NCBI RefSeq assembly: GCF_018350175.1
Contig: NC_058368.1
Location: 166,410,001 to 166,474,000 of the forward strand
Length of the DNA stretch: 64,000 nt
Direction of reading: 5' to 3'
Origin: Felis catus
Lineage: Eukaryota
The translations under genes were made by a program, and so were the position numbers. A model generated the notes under the pieces. That model saw only the letters and a program-made list of their open reading frames with translations. It had not been told where the DNA came from and made no database searches. Shown here in pieces: positions 49,836 through 63,521 of the stretch (positions within the stretch are counted from its first letter, which is position 1; each line of letters opens with the position of its first letter).

Positions 49836-52800
49836 CCCGGGAGATGGCAGCCAGGAGAACAGTGGGCTCACCTTGTCCTGCTTATCGCTTAGATATCACC
49901 CATATCTGCCTAAATAACCCAGAAAACCACCAGATGACTAGCAGAATGTACTCTCCAGAGTAAAGCATAGACAAGAGGCCCACAGAAGAGGGTAGGAAGG
50001 ACAGAAAGGTGGTGCGTGCTACATGGACTGGGAGGGGGGCTGGAGCGTTGGAGGGGCAGCCTGCCAGGCAAGGCAGAGGCCCAGAAGTCTGGATTGCAAA
50101 AGTGGAGGGGCCGGTCTCTGTGAGTTCTGACAGCCAGCAGGACTTAACATCTGGAATGTTAAAAGTCAACAGTGCTGCTCTCAGAGAGCAGGGAAGGCAA
50201 GAGGACACCAGGAGGGAGAGATGTTGAGCCCCAGAAGACAGAGCTCAGCTCAGCTCGGTTGGGGAACAAAGGCGCTGGCAAGTGCCATCTCCTTCTCCCA
50301 TCCCCCAGTAGAAATTCCAAAGGGAACCAGTTCCCGTCACCGAACTTGCTTGCACCGCTCAAACGCCCAATGCTGTGCTTCTGTGGATCCATCCCTCCAA
50401 TGGGCCTTCCTACCTCCCTGTGCTGCAGTGCCCCTCCTGCAGGGGACCACTGGTGGCAAAGCCTGCCCCTCCTGCTCCTGTCCACCTTGTGGATCCATCC
50501 CAGCTAATACACCAGATCCCATCAAAGCAGCACCACAAGCTTGGCAGTGTGCAAGTAGCCCAGACAGGGGCCACACCGCTCCACAGTGAGTCCTGCCCTT
50601 GGGAGAGGGGAAGATAAGGTACACACCAGTCTGACTGTGGCCCAGCGGTGGGCTGGGGGCTGGCTTTGGGACTTCAGCCCCGCCCACCAACACAAGTTAC
50701 TCCTGACAGCACAGGGGAAGTGCTCTACAGTTTGGAGTCACTACAGGGACTATCCAAAATGACGAATCAGAAGAATTCTCCTCAAAAGAAACTCCAGGAA
50801 GTAGCGACAGCTAACAAACTGATCAAAAACTATTTAAGCAATATAACGGAACAAGAATTTAGAATGATAGTCATAAAATTAATCGTTGGGCTTGAAAAAA
50901 GCATAGAGGAGGGCAGAGAATCTATTTCTACAGAGATCAAGGGACTAAGAAATAGTCATGAGGAGCTAAAAAATGCTATAAATGAGATGCAAAATAAAAT
51001 GGAGGCGGCTATAGCACAGACTGAAGAGGCAGAAGAGAGAATAGTTGAATTAGAAGATAAAATTATGGAAAAAGAGGAAGCTGAGAAAAAGAGAGATAAA
51101 AAAAAATCCAGAAGTATGGGGGGAGAATTAGAGAACTAAGTGATTCAATCAAACGGAACAATATCCGTATCATAGGAATTCCAGAAGAAGAAGAGAGAGA
51201 GAAAGGGACTGAAGTTGTACTTGAAAAAATCATAGCTGAGAACTTCCCTGATCTGGGGAAGGAAAAAGGCATTGAAATCCAAGAGGCACAGAGCGCTCTC
51301 TTCAGACGTAACTTGAAACAATCTACATGACATATCATAGTGAAACTGGCAAAATACAAGGATAAAAAGAAAATTCCGAAACCAGCTAGGGATAAACAGG
51401 CTCTAACTTACAAAGGTAGACCCATGAGAATAGTGGCAGACCTAACTACTGAAACTTGGCAGGTCAGAAAGGAATGGCAGGAAATCTTCAATGTGATGAA
51501 CAGAAAAAATATGCAGCCAAGACTCCTTTATCCAGCAAGTCTGTCATTCAGAATAGGAGAGATAAAGGTTTTCCCTAACAAACAAAAACTGAAGGAATTC
51601 ATCACCACTAAACCAGCCCTACAAGAGATTATAAGGGGGATTCTGTGAGTGAAATGTGCAAGGACCACAAAGTACCAGAGACATCACTACAAACATGAAA
51701 CCTACAGACATACAATGACTCTAAACCCATATCTTTCAATAATAACACTAATGTAAATGGGACTAAATGCTCCAATCAAAAGACACAGGGTATCAGAATG
51801 GATAAAAAAACAAGACCCATTTATTTGCTGTCTACAAAAGACTCATTTTAGACCTGAGGACACCTTCAGATTGAAAGTGAAGGGATGGAGAACTATCTAT
51901 CATGCTAGTGGAAGTCAAAAGAAAGCTGGAGTAGCCATACTTATATCAGACAAACTAGACTTTAAATTAAAGGCTGTAACAAGAGGTAAAGGAAGGCATA
52001 ATATAATAATTACAGGGTCTATCCATCAAGAAGAGCTAATAATTATAAATATATATGTGCCAAATACTGGGGCCCCCAAATATATAAAACAAATAATCAC
52101 AAACATTAGCAACCTTATTGATAAGAATGTGGTAATTGCAGGGGACTTTAATACCCCACTTACAGAATGGATAGATCATCTAGACACAGGATCAATAAAG
52201 AAACAAGGGCCTGAATGATACGTTGGACCATATGGACTTGACAGATATATTTAGAAGTTTGCATCCCAAAGCAACAGAAGATACTTTCTTCTTGGGTGCA
52301 CATGGAACATTCTCCAAGATAGATCACATACTGGGTCACAAAACAGCCATTCATAAGTATAAAAGAATTGAAATCATACCATGCACACTTTGAGACCTCA
52401 ATGCTATGAAACTTGAAATCAACCACAGGAAAAAGTCTGGAAAACCTCCAAAAGCATGGAGGTTAAAGAACACCCTACTAAAGAATGAATGGGTCAACCA
52501 GGCAAGTAGAGAAGAAATTTAAAAATATATGGAAACAAATGAAAATGAAAATACAATAATCCGAATGCTTTGGGATGCAGCGAAGGCAGTCCTGAGAGGA
52601 AAATACATTGCAATCCAGGCCTATCTCAAGAAACAAGAAAAATCCCAAATATAAAATCTAACAGCACACCTAAAGGAACTAGAAGCAGAACAGCAACGAC
52701 ACCCCAAACCCAGCAGCAGAAGAGAAATAATAAAGATCAGAGCAGAAATAAACAATATAGAATCTAAAAAAAGGTAGAGCAGATCAATGAAACCAAGAGT

Positions 52801-53142
52801 TGCTTTTTGAGAAAATAAACAAAATTGATAAACCTTTAGCCAGGCTTCTCAAAAAGAAAAGGGAGATGACCCAAATAGATTAAATCATGAATTTAATGGT
52901 TTCTGAGAAACTTAACAGAAGACCATGGGAGAGGGGAAGGAAAAAAAAGTTAGAGAGGGAGAGGGCCAAACCGTAAGAGACTCTTAACTGAGAACAAACT
53001 GAAGGTTGATGGGAGTGGGAAGGAGGGGAGGGTGGGTGATAGGTATTGAGGAGGGCACCTGTTGGGATGAGCCCTGGGTGTTGTATGGAAACCAATTTGA
53101 CAATAAATTTCATATTAAAAAAAAAAGAAACTGAAAAAAATA
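49836..53142 (+). mobile_element. L1 with intact termini but lacking ~3 kb of ORF2 (5'UTR, ORF1, endonuclease region, then 3'UTR and poly(A))
   Basis: Perfect 15-bp TSD attctgaagcacaga (49821-49835, 53143-53157). ORF2 sequence stops ~52891 and 3'UTR sequence ('ctgagaaacttaacagaagaccatgg') starts ~52903. Confidence 0.93.
50759..51648 (+). pseudogene. L1 ORF1, frameshifted
   Basis: MTNQKNSPQKK... in ORF 50648-51139 and the C-terminus in ORF 51340-51648 (...KEFITTKPALQEI). Frameshift near the A-run at ~51098-51107. Confidence 0.9.
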
Positions 53143-53791
53143 ATTCTGAAGCACAGAAAATTATCTGCCCTTGTGATTCATTTAACAAAGATTTTAATTT
53201 AGTATTATGTGACCAATAAAAGATTAAATCACAAACTGAAAATTTGAAGCAAAGAAAATTTTGTGTATTCTGTAGTTAGTATGTGTGGTAATACTTTCAT
53301 TTCTCCTCTTCTCAGTTCTGCTTTCTAAGCTGATGTTCAGATAAAATTTTGGAGAACTTAAACATTATTGTTGAGAAACTTGTAAGACTAATGTCAAAAA
53401 ATCCATAAAAGTTTTTTGTTGATGGAAATATATCCATTGCATCTATAATTTTAAGGGAAATGTGGCATAATATGCTCTGAGTCATGTGAGAAAATTATTT
53501 TCCTATAAGGGACAAATCTATGATTTAGTAAGAATTGTTTCCCCATTTTTTGATTATTCTATCCTGCATTCATATTTCCTTCTAATAAAAGGCTATATAA
53601 ATGTTTTGTAGTCTATATTAATATCTAGGATATAATGTTTATATACTCATGAATGATATCATTCTCTGAAGGAGAAATTAATCAATATTGACCCACAATA
53701 AAATATTTATAAACTGACATATGTCAAATTTCCTATTTATATATAACAAAGTCTGTAAAATCACCACAACACTTAACACTAAATCCACCTA

Positions 53792-53947
53792 GGGGCACCT
53801 GGGTGGCTCAATCAGTTAAGGGTCCAGCTCTTGAGTTTGCTTCAAGTCATGATCTCACAGTTTGTGAGATCAAGCCCCATGCTGGACTCTGCACTGACAG
53901 TGTGGACTCTGGTTGGGATTCTCTCTCTCTCCCTCTCTCTCTCTGCC

Positions 53948-54004
<57 letters not shown>

Positions 54005-54020
54005 ATAAATAAACATTTAA
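53792..54020 (+). mobile_element. CAN-SINE with a long (CT)n microsatellite
   Basis: Head ggggcacctgggtggctc and a pure (CT)n run at ~53952-54001. Confidence 0.93.
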
Positions 54021-54519
54021 ATATAAATACATCCTAACTAATTATGACCAAGTATTTGAAATTTCAGAATGAACACAGAAGTACAGGTTTTCTGTGTTTA
54101 TTATCCTAAAGTCCACATGTCTCTCATGACACTATTACTTTGCACATATTGTTTCCTTCTAGCTCTTTTTTTCATATGTGTTTCAATAAATTGTAGATAT
54201 TCTTTGAGAGGTCTTCTAGGAAGTCTTTGTTATCTTCCTATCTGTTCATCTCCTACAGCTTCTCTTTTCCTCTAATATACTAGTACACTAGATGCTCAAC
54301 TCTATTATTATACTATTTTAAATTCTTTTCTTCAAATCAACATAGAGTACTCTTTACAAAGCTTTGTACCCTTAAAAAATCTGCATATATTGCATAATCT
54401 AGTGAACTGCATTATAATATTTAATAAACGAATAAAGTAATAAGTCAGAGAACAAAGTATTTAAAAAGTGGAGCAGTAAAAGTGGATTTACAGAAAAATG
54501 AAAATAGCAGTTTTCAATT

Positions 54520-54764
54520 TTATTTTATTTATTTATTTATTATTTTTTTTTATTATTATTTTTAATGTTTGCTTTTGAGAGAGACAGAGAGCAAGAGCAT
54601 GAGCGGTGAAGCGGCGGAGAGAGAAGGAGACACAGAGTCCAAATCAGGCTCCAGGTTGTGAGCTGTCAGCACAGAGACTAATGCAGGGCTGGAACCCATG
54701 AACCCTGAGATCCTGACCTGAGCCAAAGCAAGAGGCTTAACCAGCTGAGCCACCCAGGTGCCCC
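54520..54764 (-). mobile_element. CAN-SINE
   Basis: SINE body with TSD-like tttc(a/g)atttta. Confidence 0.92.
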
Positions 54765-55844
54765 ACATCTTTCGATTTTAAAGATGGCATTACAGGCAAG
54801 AATTTTTCACTTATATTGGTGCAGCTGAGAAGACTGTTACATCAAAATCACTCTCTCTGTCTGTGTCTCTTTCACTCCACACAGAAACGCTGTTCTGAAT
54901 GTTCTGAACATGATGATTAGCTTAGTTTGATGCTGTTAGAGTTTGAGAAAGCTTTATCACCTTAATTTTAAATGGCACCCTGTTTTCTGAAGTTGTTGTC
55001 CAATGATCCATCATTATTATATGGCATGTTCACTCAATCTCTTTTTGCCTCAGTTTATGTTATAAAAATGTTTCCATTTCTTTCCTTTTTCTGCCACTGT
55101 TCTTTCCAGTTAAAAAATTGACCATTCATAAATTCCTTGGCTAATTCATGAATTTCCCCAATGTTTTCACTTTGTTGTTTAAATATTGAAGAAGAACTTA
55201 GGTAGCAATTACACCTTCAAGAAATGGATGTTAAGCCTCTATTAGATTGACATCCAAAGAGTGTAAGTTATGTTAAACTCTATAAAGTTTCTGTTTGTTA
55301 AGGAAATTGACACCACACTGCAATTGACACTGCATGACAACTGTGTGACTTCTAAAGTTATTAAAAATAAATAAAAGCCATCAAAAGAGAAGCATTTGTG
55401 TAAAACACTGATTTTATAGGACAACCTGAAGTTGAACATGTTTTCCATTATTTTTGAGCTCTGATGGCCCTGTTTGCTTCTTTCTTACAAAGCATAAGTA
55501 TTTCCATTTGATTATAGTTATGTACAACTTGTTTTAGTTACTTTAGTAGACTGCAAGCCTCTTGATGGAGGAGAGAATAGCACTGAAGTATTTGTTTTTC
55601 TCATCTTTGCGAGTTACTTACATGGCATGAAGGAGAGAATAGTATCCTTTGCTTTTTTCCGAGAGGGAAGTGATTTGCTTGTTCATCCTTTCCAAATCTA
55701 TCTGATTTGAAGGAAAACTTATGGAAGAATAGCATTTCCCCATGTGTTGTAAGTGCTTAAAAGCAAGTGTGTTTAAAGCATAAAGTTTTGAAGTAGTCTA
55801 CTCAGTTTTTAACAGTTATCATCTAGAAATGGGGATGTCTATCC

Positions 55845-55980
55845 TAACATTTTTTCAACTGTGGTTCTTGAAATACCTCAGTAGATACTTACAGGTATTA
55901 TTTATATATGGCACGCATGAATCTTCATTTTCAACAGTGTCCTGTGTGATATTCATGCTTGCTAAATTGAGAGAATCTAG
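55845..55980. mobile_element. MER5-like hAT-Charlie MITE remnant
   Basis: 'gaatcttcattttcaacag...gtgatattcatgc...aaattgagagaa' resembles the MER5 terminus. Confidence 0.45.
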
Positions 55981-56098
55981 TATGGCCTCTGAGAAAGTGA
56001 CTACCTAAAAATAACACAGGTTCTCAAAGATAAAACAATAAGACTGGTTTTGAGAATGAATGTTTCAAACTCAGTGCTGCTCAAAAACCTAGTCATGT

Positions 56099-56328
56099 TG
56101 TTGGGAGCAGATCGCTGATTCAATTTCATTGCTGGTAGATCAGTCTGTTCAAATTCTCTATTTCTTCCTCCTTTAGTTTTGGTAGGTTTTATGTTTGTAG
56201 GAACTTATCCATTTCTTCTAGCTTATTCAATTTGTTGGCCTATGATTTCATAATACTCTCTTACAATTGTTATTTCTGTGATGTTGGTTGCCATTTCTCT
56301 TCTTTCATTTGTAATTTTGTTTATTAGG

Positions 56329-56362
<34 letters not shown>

Positions 56363-59300
56363 CACCTTTCTCTCTCTCTCTTTTTCATGAATCTGGCTAA
56401 AGGTTGATCACTTTTGGTGATCTTTTCAAAGCACTAGCTTCGGCTTTCATTGGTCTACCCTATTGGTTCTTTTTAGTGTCTGTATCATTCATTTCTGCTC
56501 CTATCTTTACTATTTCCTTCCTTTTGTTAGTTTGGAGTTTTGATTGTCCTTCTTCTTCTAGCTTCTTTAAGTGTAAGGTTAAGGCGTTTATTTGAGATTT
56601 TTCTTGCTTCTTGGGGTAGGCCTGTGTCTTTCCTCTTAGAGTGACTTTTCTGCACCCCAAAGATGTTGGAAATCTGTTTTGATTTTCATTTGTTTCCACG
56701 TAATTTTTTATCTCTTTATTTTCTTGTTTACCCCATTCATTGTTTAGTAACATGTTATTTAACCTTCATGTATTTGTGATGTTTTGAGATTTTTGTTGTT
56801 GTTGTGGTTGATTTGTAGTGTCATAGCTTTGAAGTCAGAATGACTTTCATCTTTTTGAATTTGTTGAGACTTTGTTTTGTGGTCTAATATGTGATCTACT
56901 CTGGAGAATGTTCCATGTGCACTTGAAAAGAATAGGTATTCTGCTGTTTTAGAATGGCATGTTCTGCCTATATCTGTTAAATCCATATGGCCCAGTATGT
57001 CATTTAAAGCCATTGCTTTCTTGTTGATTTTCTGTTTAGATGATCTGTCTATTGATATAAATTGGGGGTTAAAATTCCCTATGGTTATTGTATGACAATT
57101 GATTAGTTCCTTTATGTTTGTTATTGACTGTTTTATGCATTTGGGTGCTCCCATAAATATTTACAATTATTATATTTTCTTGTTGGATTGTACCTTTTAT
57201 TATCACACAGTTCCTTCTTTGTCCCTTGTTACAGTCTTGGTTTTAAAGTCTATTTTGTCAGATATAAGTATTGCTACCCTGGCTTTCTTTTGATACCATT
57301 TGCATGATAAATGTTTCTCCATCCCCTCACTTTCAATTGGCAGGTGTCTTTAGGTCCGAAATAAGTCACTTGTGGTATGTGGGTCTTGTTTTGATCCACT
57401 GTGTCACCTTATGTCTTTTGATTGAAGCACTTATTCCATTTACATTCAAAGTAATTATTGATAGATATCCATTTATTGCCATATTATTACTGGTTTTGTC
57501 ATTCTTTTTTGGTTTCTCTCTGATCTTTTCTTCTCTTGCTCTCTTTCACGGTTTGTTGACTTTCTTTAGTGATATACTTGGATTCATTTCTCTTTATTCT
57601 TTGAGTATCTATTACTGGTTTTTGATTTTTGCTTACTATTTGCATATAGCGTCTTTTGTGTATAGCAGTCTATATTAAGGTGATGGTCACTTAAGTTTGA
57701 ACTCGTTCCTTACTCCTCTCATCCTCACCTTTTAGGCAGATGGTGTCATACTTTAAATACTTTTATTTTGTGAGTCCCTTCTCTTATTTTTATAGATATA
57801 CTTATTTTACTGCTTTTATGCTTTCTAGTTTTCTTTCTTTTGTTTGTGGTCTTTCCTTTTTGCTTAGTGTCTCCTTTAATATTTCCTGTAGGGTTAGTTT
57901 AGTGGTCCTGAAGTACTTTAGTTTTAGTTTGTCTGAGAAACTCTTTATCTTTCCTTCTGTTGCAAATAATATCTTTGCTGGATACAGTATTCTTGGCTAA
58001 AGACTTTTCCTTTCAGCAGTTTGACTATATCATGCCATTCCCTCTGGAGTGCAAAATTCCTGCTGAAAAATCCACTCTCAGCCTTATGGGGTTTCCCCTG
58101 TATGTAACGGCCTTGTTTTCTCTTGCTCCTTTTAATTTTTTTTCTTTATCACTACTTTTTGCCATTTTAATTACATGTGTCTTGGTGTGGACCTTCTTGA
58201 GTTGTTTTTTTGAGGGGATCTCTGTGCCTCCTGGATCTGGATATCTGTTTCCTTCCCCGGGATAGGAAAGTTTTCAGTTATTATTTCTTCAAGTAAGTTT
58301 TCTGCCCCCTTTCCTCTGTCTTCTTCTTCTGGGATCCCTACAATGTGAATGCTGTTACACTTGAGGGAGCCACTGTGTTCCCTAAGAATATTCTCAATTT
58401 GTATAATAGTTTTCCCTATCATTTGCTCAGCTTGGTCACTTTCCATTTCTCTGTCTTTTAGGTCATTAATTCATTCCTCTGCTTCCTCTAGCTTGTAATT
58501 TATTTCATCAAGTTTATCTTTAATTTCATTTATTTTGCTTCCATCTCTGATTGGTTCTTTTTTGTTTCTTTGTTAAGGGTTCCACTTATTTCCTCTACTC
58601 TTTTCTCAAATCCAGAGAGTATCTTTATTGTTATTACTTTAAGTTCTCTATCAGGTATGTTACTTATATTCATTTCCCCTAGGTCTCTTCCTGTGGTTTG
58701 GTCCTTTTTTTTTTCATTTGGGACATATTCCTTTGTGTTTTCATTTTGTCTAACTCTCTGTGTTTGTTTCTGTGTTTGGGAAAATCAGCTACATCTCTTC
58801 TCTTGATGGTAATGGCCTTATGTCCAATATGACTAGACATATTAACAGGTAAATTCTACTAAACATTTAAACAGGAGTAAATACCAATAATTCTCAAACT
58901 ATTCCAAAATATAGAGGAGGAAATAAAACTTCCAAATTCATTCTATAAGACTAGTATCATCCTGATACCAAAACCGGATAAAGACATCGCATAAAAAGAG
59001 AACTACAAGCCAATATCTCTGATGAACACAATGCAAAAGTCCTCAACAAAGTACTAGCAAACTGAATCCCACAATACATTAAAAAAAGGATACACCATAA
59101 TCAAGTGGGATTTATTCCTAGGGTGTAAGCATGGTCAATATCCACAAATATGTCAACATGATACATCATATCAACAAAAGATAAAAACCATATGATCATT
59201 TCTTTTTTCTTTTAATGTTTATTTATTTTTGAGAGAGAGAAAGAGGGAGAGAGAGACAGAGTGTGAGAGGGGGAGGGGCAGAGAGGGAGGGAGACAGAAT

Positions 59301-61670
59301 TTGAAGCAGGCTCCAGGCTCTGAGCTGTCAGCACTGCTGAAACTCACAAGCCATGAGATAATCTACTGAGCCACCCAGGCACCCCTGATCATTTCAATAG
59401 ATATATAAAAAGCATTTGAAAAACTTCAAAATCCATTCGTGATAAAAACATTCAACAAGGTAGGTCAAGAAAGAGTATATTTTGACAATGAAAGCCTCAT
59501 ATGGAAAACCAAGAGTGAACATTATACTTAGTGGTGGGAAACTGGGAGCTTTTCCTTTTAAGGTTGGGAACAAGAGAAAGATGTTGACTCTGACCATTTT
59601 TATTCAACATACATCTGGAATTCCTAGCTATAGCAACTAGAAAACATAAATAAATAAAATGCATACAAATTAGTAAGAATGAATTAAAACTATTTGCAGA
59701 TGACATGATATTCTATGTAGAAAACCCTGAAGACTCCACCAAAACACTACTAGAACTGATAAATGAATTCAGTAAAGTCATAGAATACAAAATAAGGTAC
59801 AGAAAACTGTTGCATTTCTATACATGTGAATACTTCTATACATGTTATACTCCTATAACAATGAAGCAACAGAAAATAAAATGAATAAAACAAACACATT
59901 TATATTTCCACCAAAAGCAATAAAGTATCTAGGAATAAACTTAACCAAAGAGGTAAAAGACCTGGGCATTAAAACTATAAAAAATTGATGAAAGAAATTC
60001 AAGATGACACCAAGAAATGGAAAGACATTCCATGCTTATAGATTGGAAGAAAAATGTTAAAATGTCTTCACTACCAAAAGCAATCTCCAGATTTAATGCA
60101 ATCCTTATAAAAACAGTAACAGCATTTTCAAAGATTTAGAATAAACAATCCTGAAATCTGTATGGAACCACAAAAGACCCCGGATAGCTAAAGCAATCTT
60201 GAAAAAGAAAAATGAAACTAGGGTATCACAATTCCAGATTTCAAGTTACATTACAAAGGTATAGTAACCAAAAAATATGGTATTGGCACAAAAATAGACA
60301 CATGGATCAAGCGAAAACCCAAAAATAAACCCACAATTATATGGCCAATTAATCTTCTATAAAGCAGGAAAGAATGTTCAATGGGAAAAAGACTGCCTCC
60401 TCAACAAATGGTGTTGGAAACACTGGACAGCAACATGCAAAATAATGAAACTGGACCACTTTCTTACATGATATACAAAAATAAATTCAAAAAGATTAAA
60501 GACCTAAATGTGAGACTGGAACCATAAAAGTCCTAGAAGAGAGCAAATGAAATTTCTCTGACATTGACCAATAGAAACATTTTTTAGATGTATCTCCTGA
60601 GGCAAGAGAAATAAAAGTAAAAATAAGCTACTGGGATGACATTAAAATAAAATTCTTTTGTACACTGAAGGAAACAATCAACAAAACTAAAATGCAACCA
60701 GTTGAATTGGAGAATATAGTTGCAAATGACATCTCTGATAAATGGTTAGTATCCAAAATATGTAGACAACTGATATAACTCAACACTCAAAAATCAAATA
60801 ACCGAACTAAAAAATGGGCAGAAGACATGAACAGATATTTCTCTAAAAGATATACAGATGGCCAACAGACACATGAAAAGATGCTCATCATCTCTGATCA
60901 TCATGGAAATGCAAATCAGAACTACAGTGAGATACCACCTCACATCTGTCAGAATGACTAAAATCAAAAACACAAGAAACAAGTGTTGGTGAGGGTGTGG
61001 GAGAAAAGGAACCTTTATGCACTATTGGTGGAAATGCAAACTGGTGCAGCCACTGTGGAAAACAATATGGGGTTAAAAATTAACTCCTCAAAAAGTCCAA
61101 AGTAGAACTACCCTAGGATCCAGTAATCACACTATTGGGTATTTACCCCTAAAATACAAAAACACTTATTCAAAGAGCTGCACTCCTATGTTTATTGCAG
61201 TATTATATAACCAAATTATGGAAGTAGCCCAAGTGTCTATCAATAGATGAATATATAAAGAAGATGAGTTATATATGCAATGGAATATTATTCAGTCATA
61301 AAAAACAATAAAATGTTGCCATTTGCAACAACGTGGATAGAATTATTGAGTATAATGCTAAGTGAAATAAGTCAGTCAGAGAAAGACAAATACCGTACGA
61401 TTTCACTCATATATAGAACAAAACAAATGAACAAAGAAAAGAAAAATAAAGTGACAAATGAAGAAACAGATTCCTGACTAAACATGATTACTGGATGATT
61501 ACTGGAGAGGAAATGGGTAGAGGGATGGATGAAAGGGGTGTTGGGGTTTAAACAGTGCGTTTGTCATGATGAGCACTGGGTGATGTATGGAATTGTTGAG
61601 TCACTATATTGTACACCTGCAACTAATATAACACTGTATTTTAATGATACTGGAATTAAAAAAAAAAAGT
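56099..61670 (+). mobile_element. 5'-inverted L1: antisense segment 56099-58820 (ORF2 N-terminus, ORF1), sense segment 58821-61670 (RT, C-terminus, 3'UTR, tail)
   Basis: Minus-strand ORF1/EN peptides (58171-58446, 56759-57154) and plus-strand RT ('tttgcagatgacatgata') with 3' end. Degenerate TSD aaaaacctagtcatgt (56083-56098) / aaaagccttgccatgt (61672-61687), 13/16 identical. Confidence 0.9.
59203..59385 (-). mobile_element. CAN-SINE with internal deletions, inserted in L1 ORF2
   Basis: TSD tgatcatttc (59193-59202, 59386-59395). Confidence 0.9.
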
Positions 61671-62349
61671 TAAAAGCCTTGCCATGTACGGCTATCACTA
61701 GTCTACCAACTCCAGTGAGTTTGTGCAAAACTGCCCATACAGGTACCATAGACTTTTCCTAGCTACAATGTATATTGGACTCATGACAATAAGGCTAAAT
61801 GGTACACTTTACCTTCAAAGCAGAGAGGTGTTTTCAAACACTCAGTATCTCAGCTCATGAAACATGTAGGACTTAGCCTTTGAAAAGCCTGTGCATAGAA
61901 ATGAGAAAGGTGGGCCTTAATGTCAAGAACTTGGAAACCATATTCTTGAACTCTTTATTTGAAGTTTTTAAAATAAAGTAAATTATTAGGTGGCTTTACT
62001 GAATGCTCAAGGGTTGAAGTAATTTCAATCTATGCTTGATGTAAAGTTCAAGTATAAAACTGAATCAATTTTTTTCTTCTCTACATTTCTTGACCAAAAG
62101 ATTTAAAAACATTTATATAGGATAGTGAATTTATAGAGTAATATTGTAGTTTCAATTTTATTGCTTATCCCTCCAGAAAGCACTATAAATTACTCCAGAG
62201 AATGGAATAAACTTTCATTTAGACATATGTGGCAAAAGAGAAAGAGAAAGAATGCAAAACTGTAATAGTGACAAAATATTTTCAAATATCATAATCTCCT
62301 TTATTTTGATACTACCACTTACAAAGTAAGCAGATATTTTATATATCAG

Positions 62350-62890
62350 AAATCATTATATTTCAAGTAATAGAAAAATGAACTAATTCAGACTTTTAAA
62401 ATAAAGGGAATTTTTAAGTCACTTCACTGTACAATGTGTGGGTTATTCTAGTTTCAATAGAGGCTGATATCTGGGGTTCCAGCAATATAAACAGGACATG
62501 CATCACTCTCAGCTATTTTTCCTTAATCTTGCACCCATTTTGTGAGGCACTCTGTCTTTGCATTTGCAAATAGGGTGTTAGCCTCTTCTACTACATGCTC
62601 CCGTGTTCATAGGCAGCAAGAAAGAGAAATTCTGCTTTCTTAACAGCCAAATAAAAGCCATATAATTGAGACCCATAAGCTGTGTTTTCCCTGACTATTT
62701 CATATTTACTAACCTGGAAAAATTATCTTGTCCAAAAAGGTAGGTCATGTTGACTGGATTTAGCCAATCTTTGGGCACCCACTAGAAACAGAGGTGGAAT
62801 AATCTATCCCTCATAAACATTGTAGGTGGGAAATTCTGGGTACTCTTAGAAAGATGATTAAATGATAAAATGCCAACTAGTAGATGTCCA
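62350..62890 (-). mobile_element. Ancient MaLR LTR (MLT1J/K/L-like)
   Basis: 'caagtaatagaaaa...aaataaagggaatttttaagtcacttcactg...ggctgatatctggggttccagcaat'. Confidence 0.55.
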
Positions 62891-63089
62891 ATATATTATT
62901 GAAAATTGATACTTTTTAAGAAAAATTGTTTAATAATTTTTTGAGGTTTTTTTTTGAAGAGCCAGAACTTTCTTTCTTACCTCAAATTGGGCTATAGAAA
63001 AATTTCTGACTGTTAAATTGTCCTTCATGGTTAGAGACCTAGCTTTTCATTATTTAGTGAGCTAGGTGAGTATTACTACTCATCCAAAG

Positions 63090-63521
63090 TTCATATTTAG
63101 ATTATCTTTTATTTAGAAATAATGTCAACTGCAGGAAACCAACTACACTGGCTTAAAAAATATGCTATCTCCCACCCCCACCCCCCACTTCATGTAATGT
63201 ACAATCAGAAGGTAAGCAGTTAAGAAGGTGGTCAGGTTCTCAGTGGCATAAGAGACAGGATATCTGTGATTCTCTATGCCCTTGGTTACCAGTAAGTGCA
63301 ATAACTTTATACCTCCAGAGACCTTGCCAGCAACTGGAGCAGAAAGAGGAGGTAAGCAGAATGGGCTTTGGCATCAGAAATTATCATACCTCCTTGGCCA
63401 CTCTAGCTTTAAGGGACTCAGAGAACATGAGGACTTTTGTTTTTCTACCAGAGTAAAACTGAGCAAGAGAGAAAGAACAGGAAGAAGGTGCTAAGTGAGT
63501 CAACCTATATTGTCTTCTCCA
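63090..63521 (-). mobile_element. Ancient MaLR LTR (MLT1-like)
   Basis: 'aactacactggcttaaa...ggtaagcagttaag...tggccactctagctttaaggga'. Confidence 0.5.

Noticed and set aside
49882..50693. Several overlapping 100-120 aa ORFs on both strands
   Set aside because: All lie in the GC-rich L1 5'UTR, where stop codons are rare. None resembles a known protein.
57271..58000. Hydrophobic 'membrane protein-like' ORFs
   Set aside because: They are antisense translations of the A-rich L1 inter-ORF and ORF2 region.
1261..59385. tRNA-like A/B box sequences at many positions
   Set aside because: They are heads of tRNA-derived CAN-SINEs, not tRNA genes.
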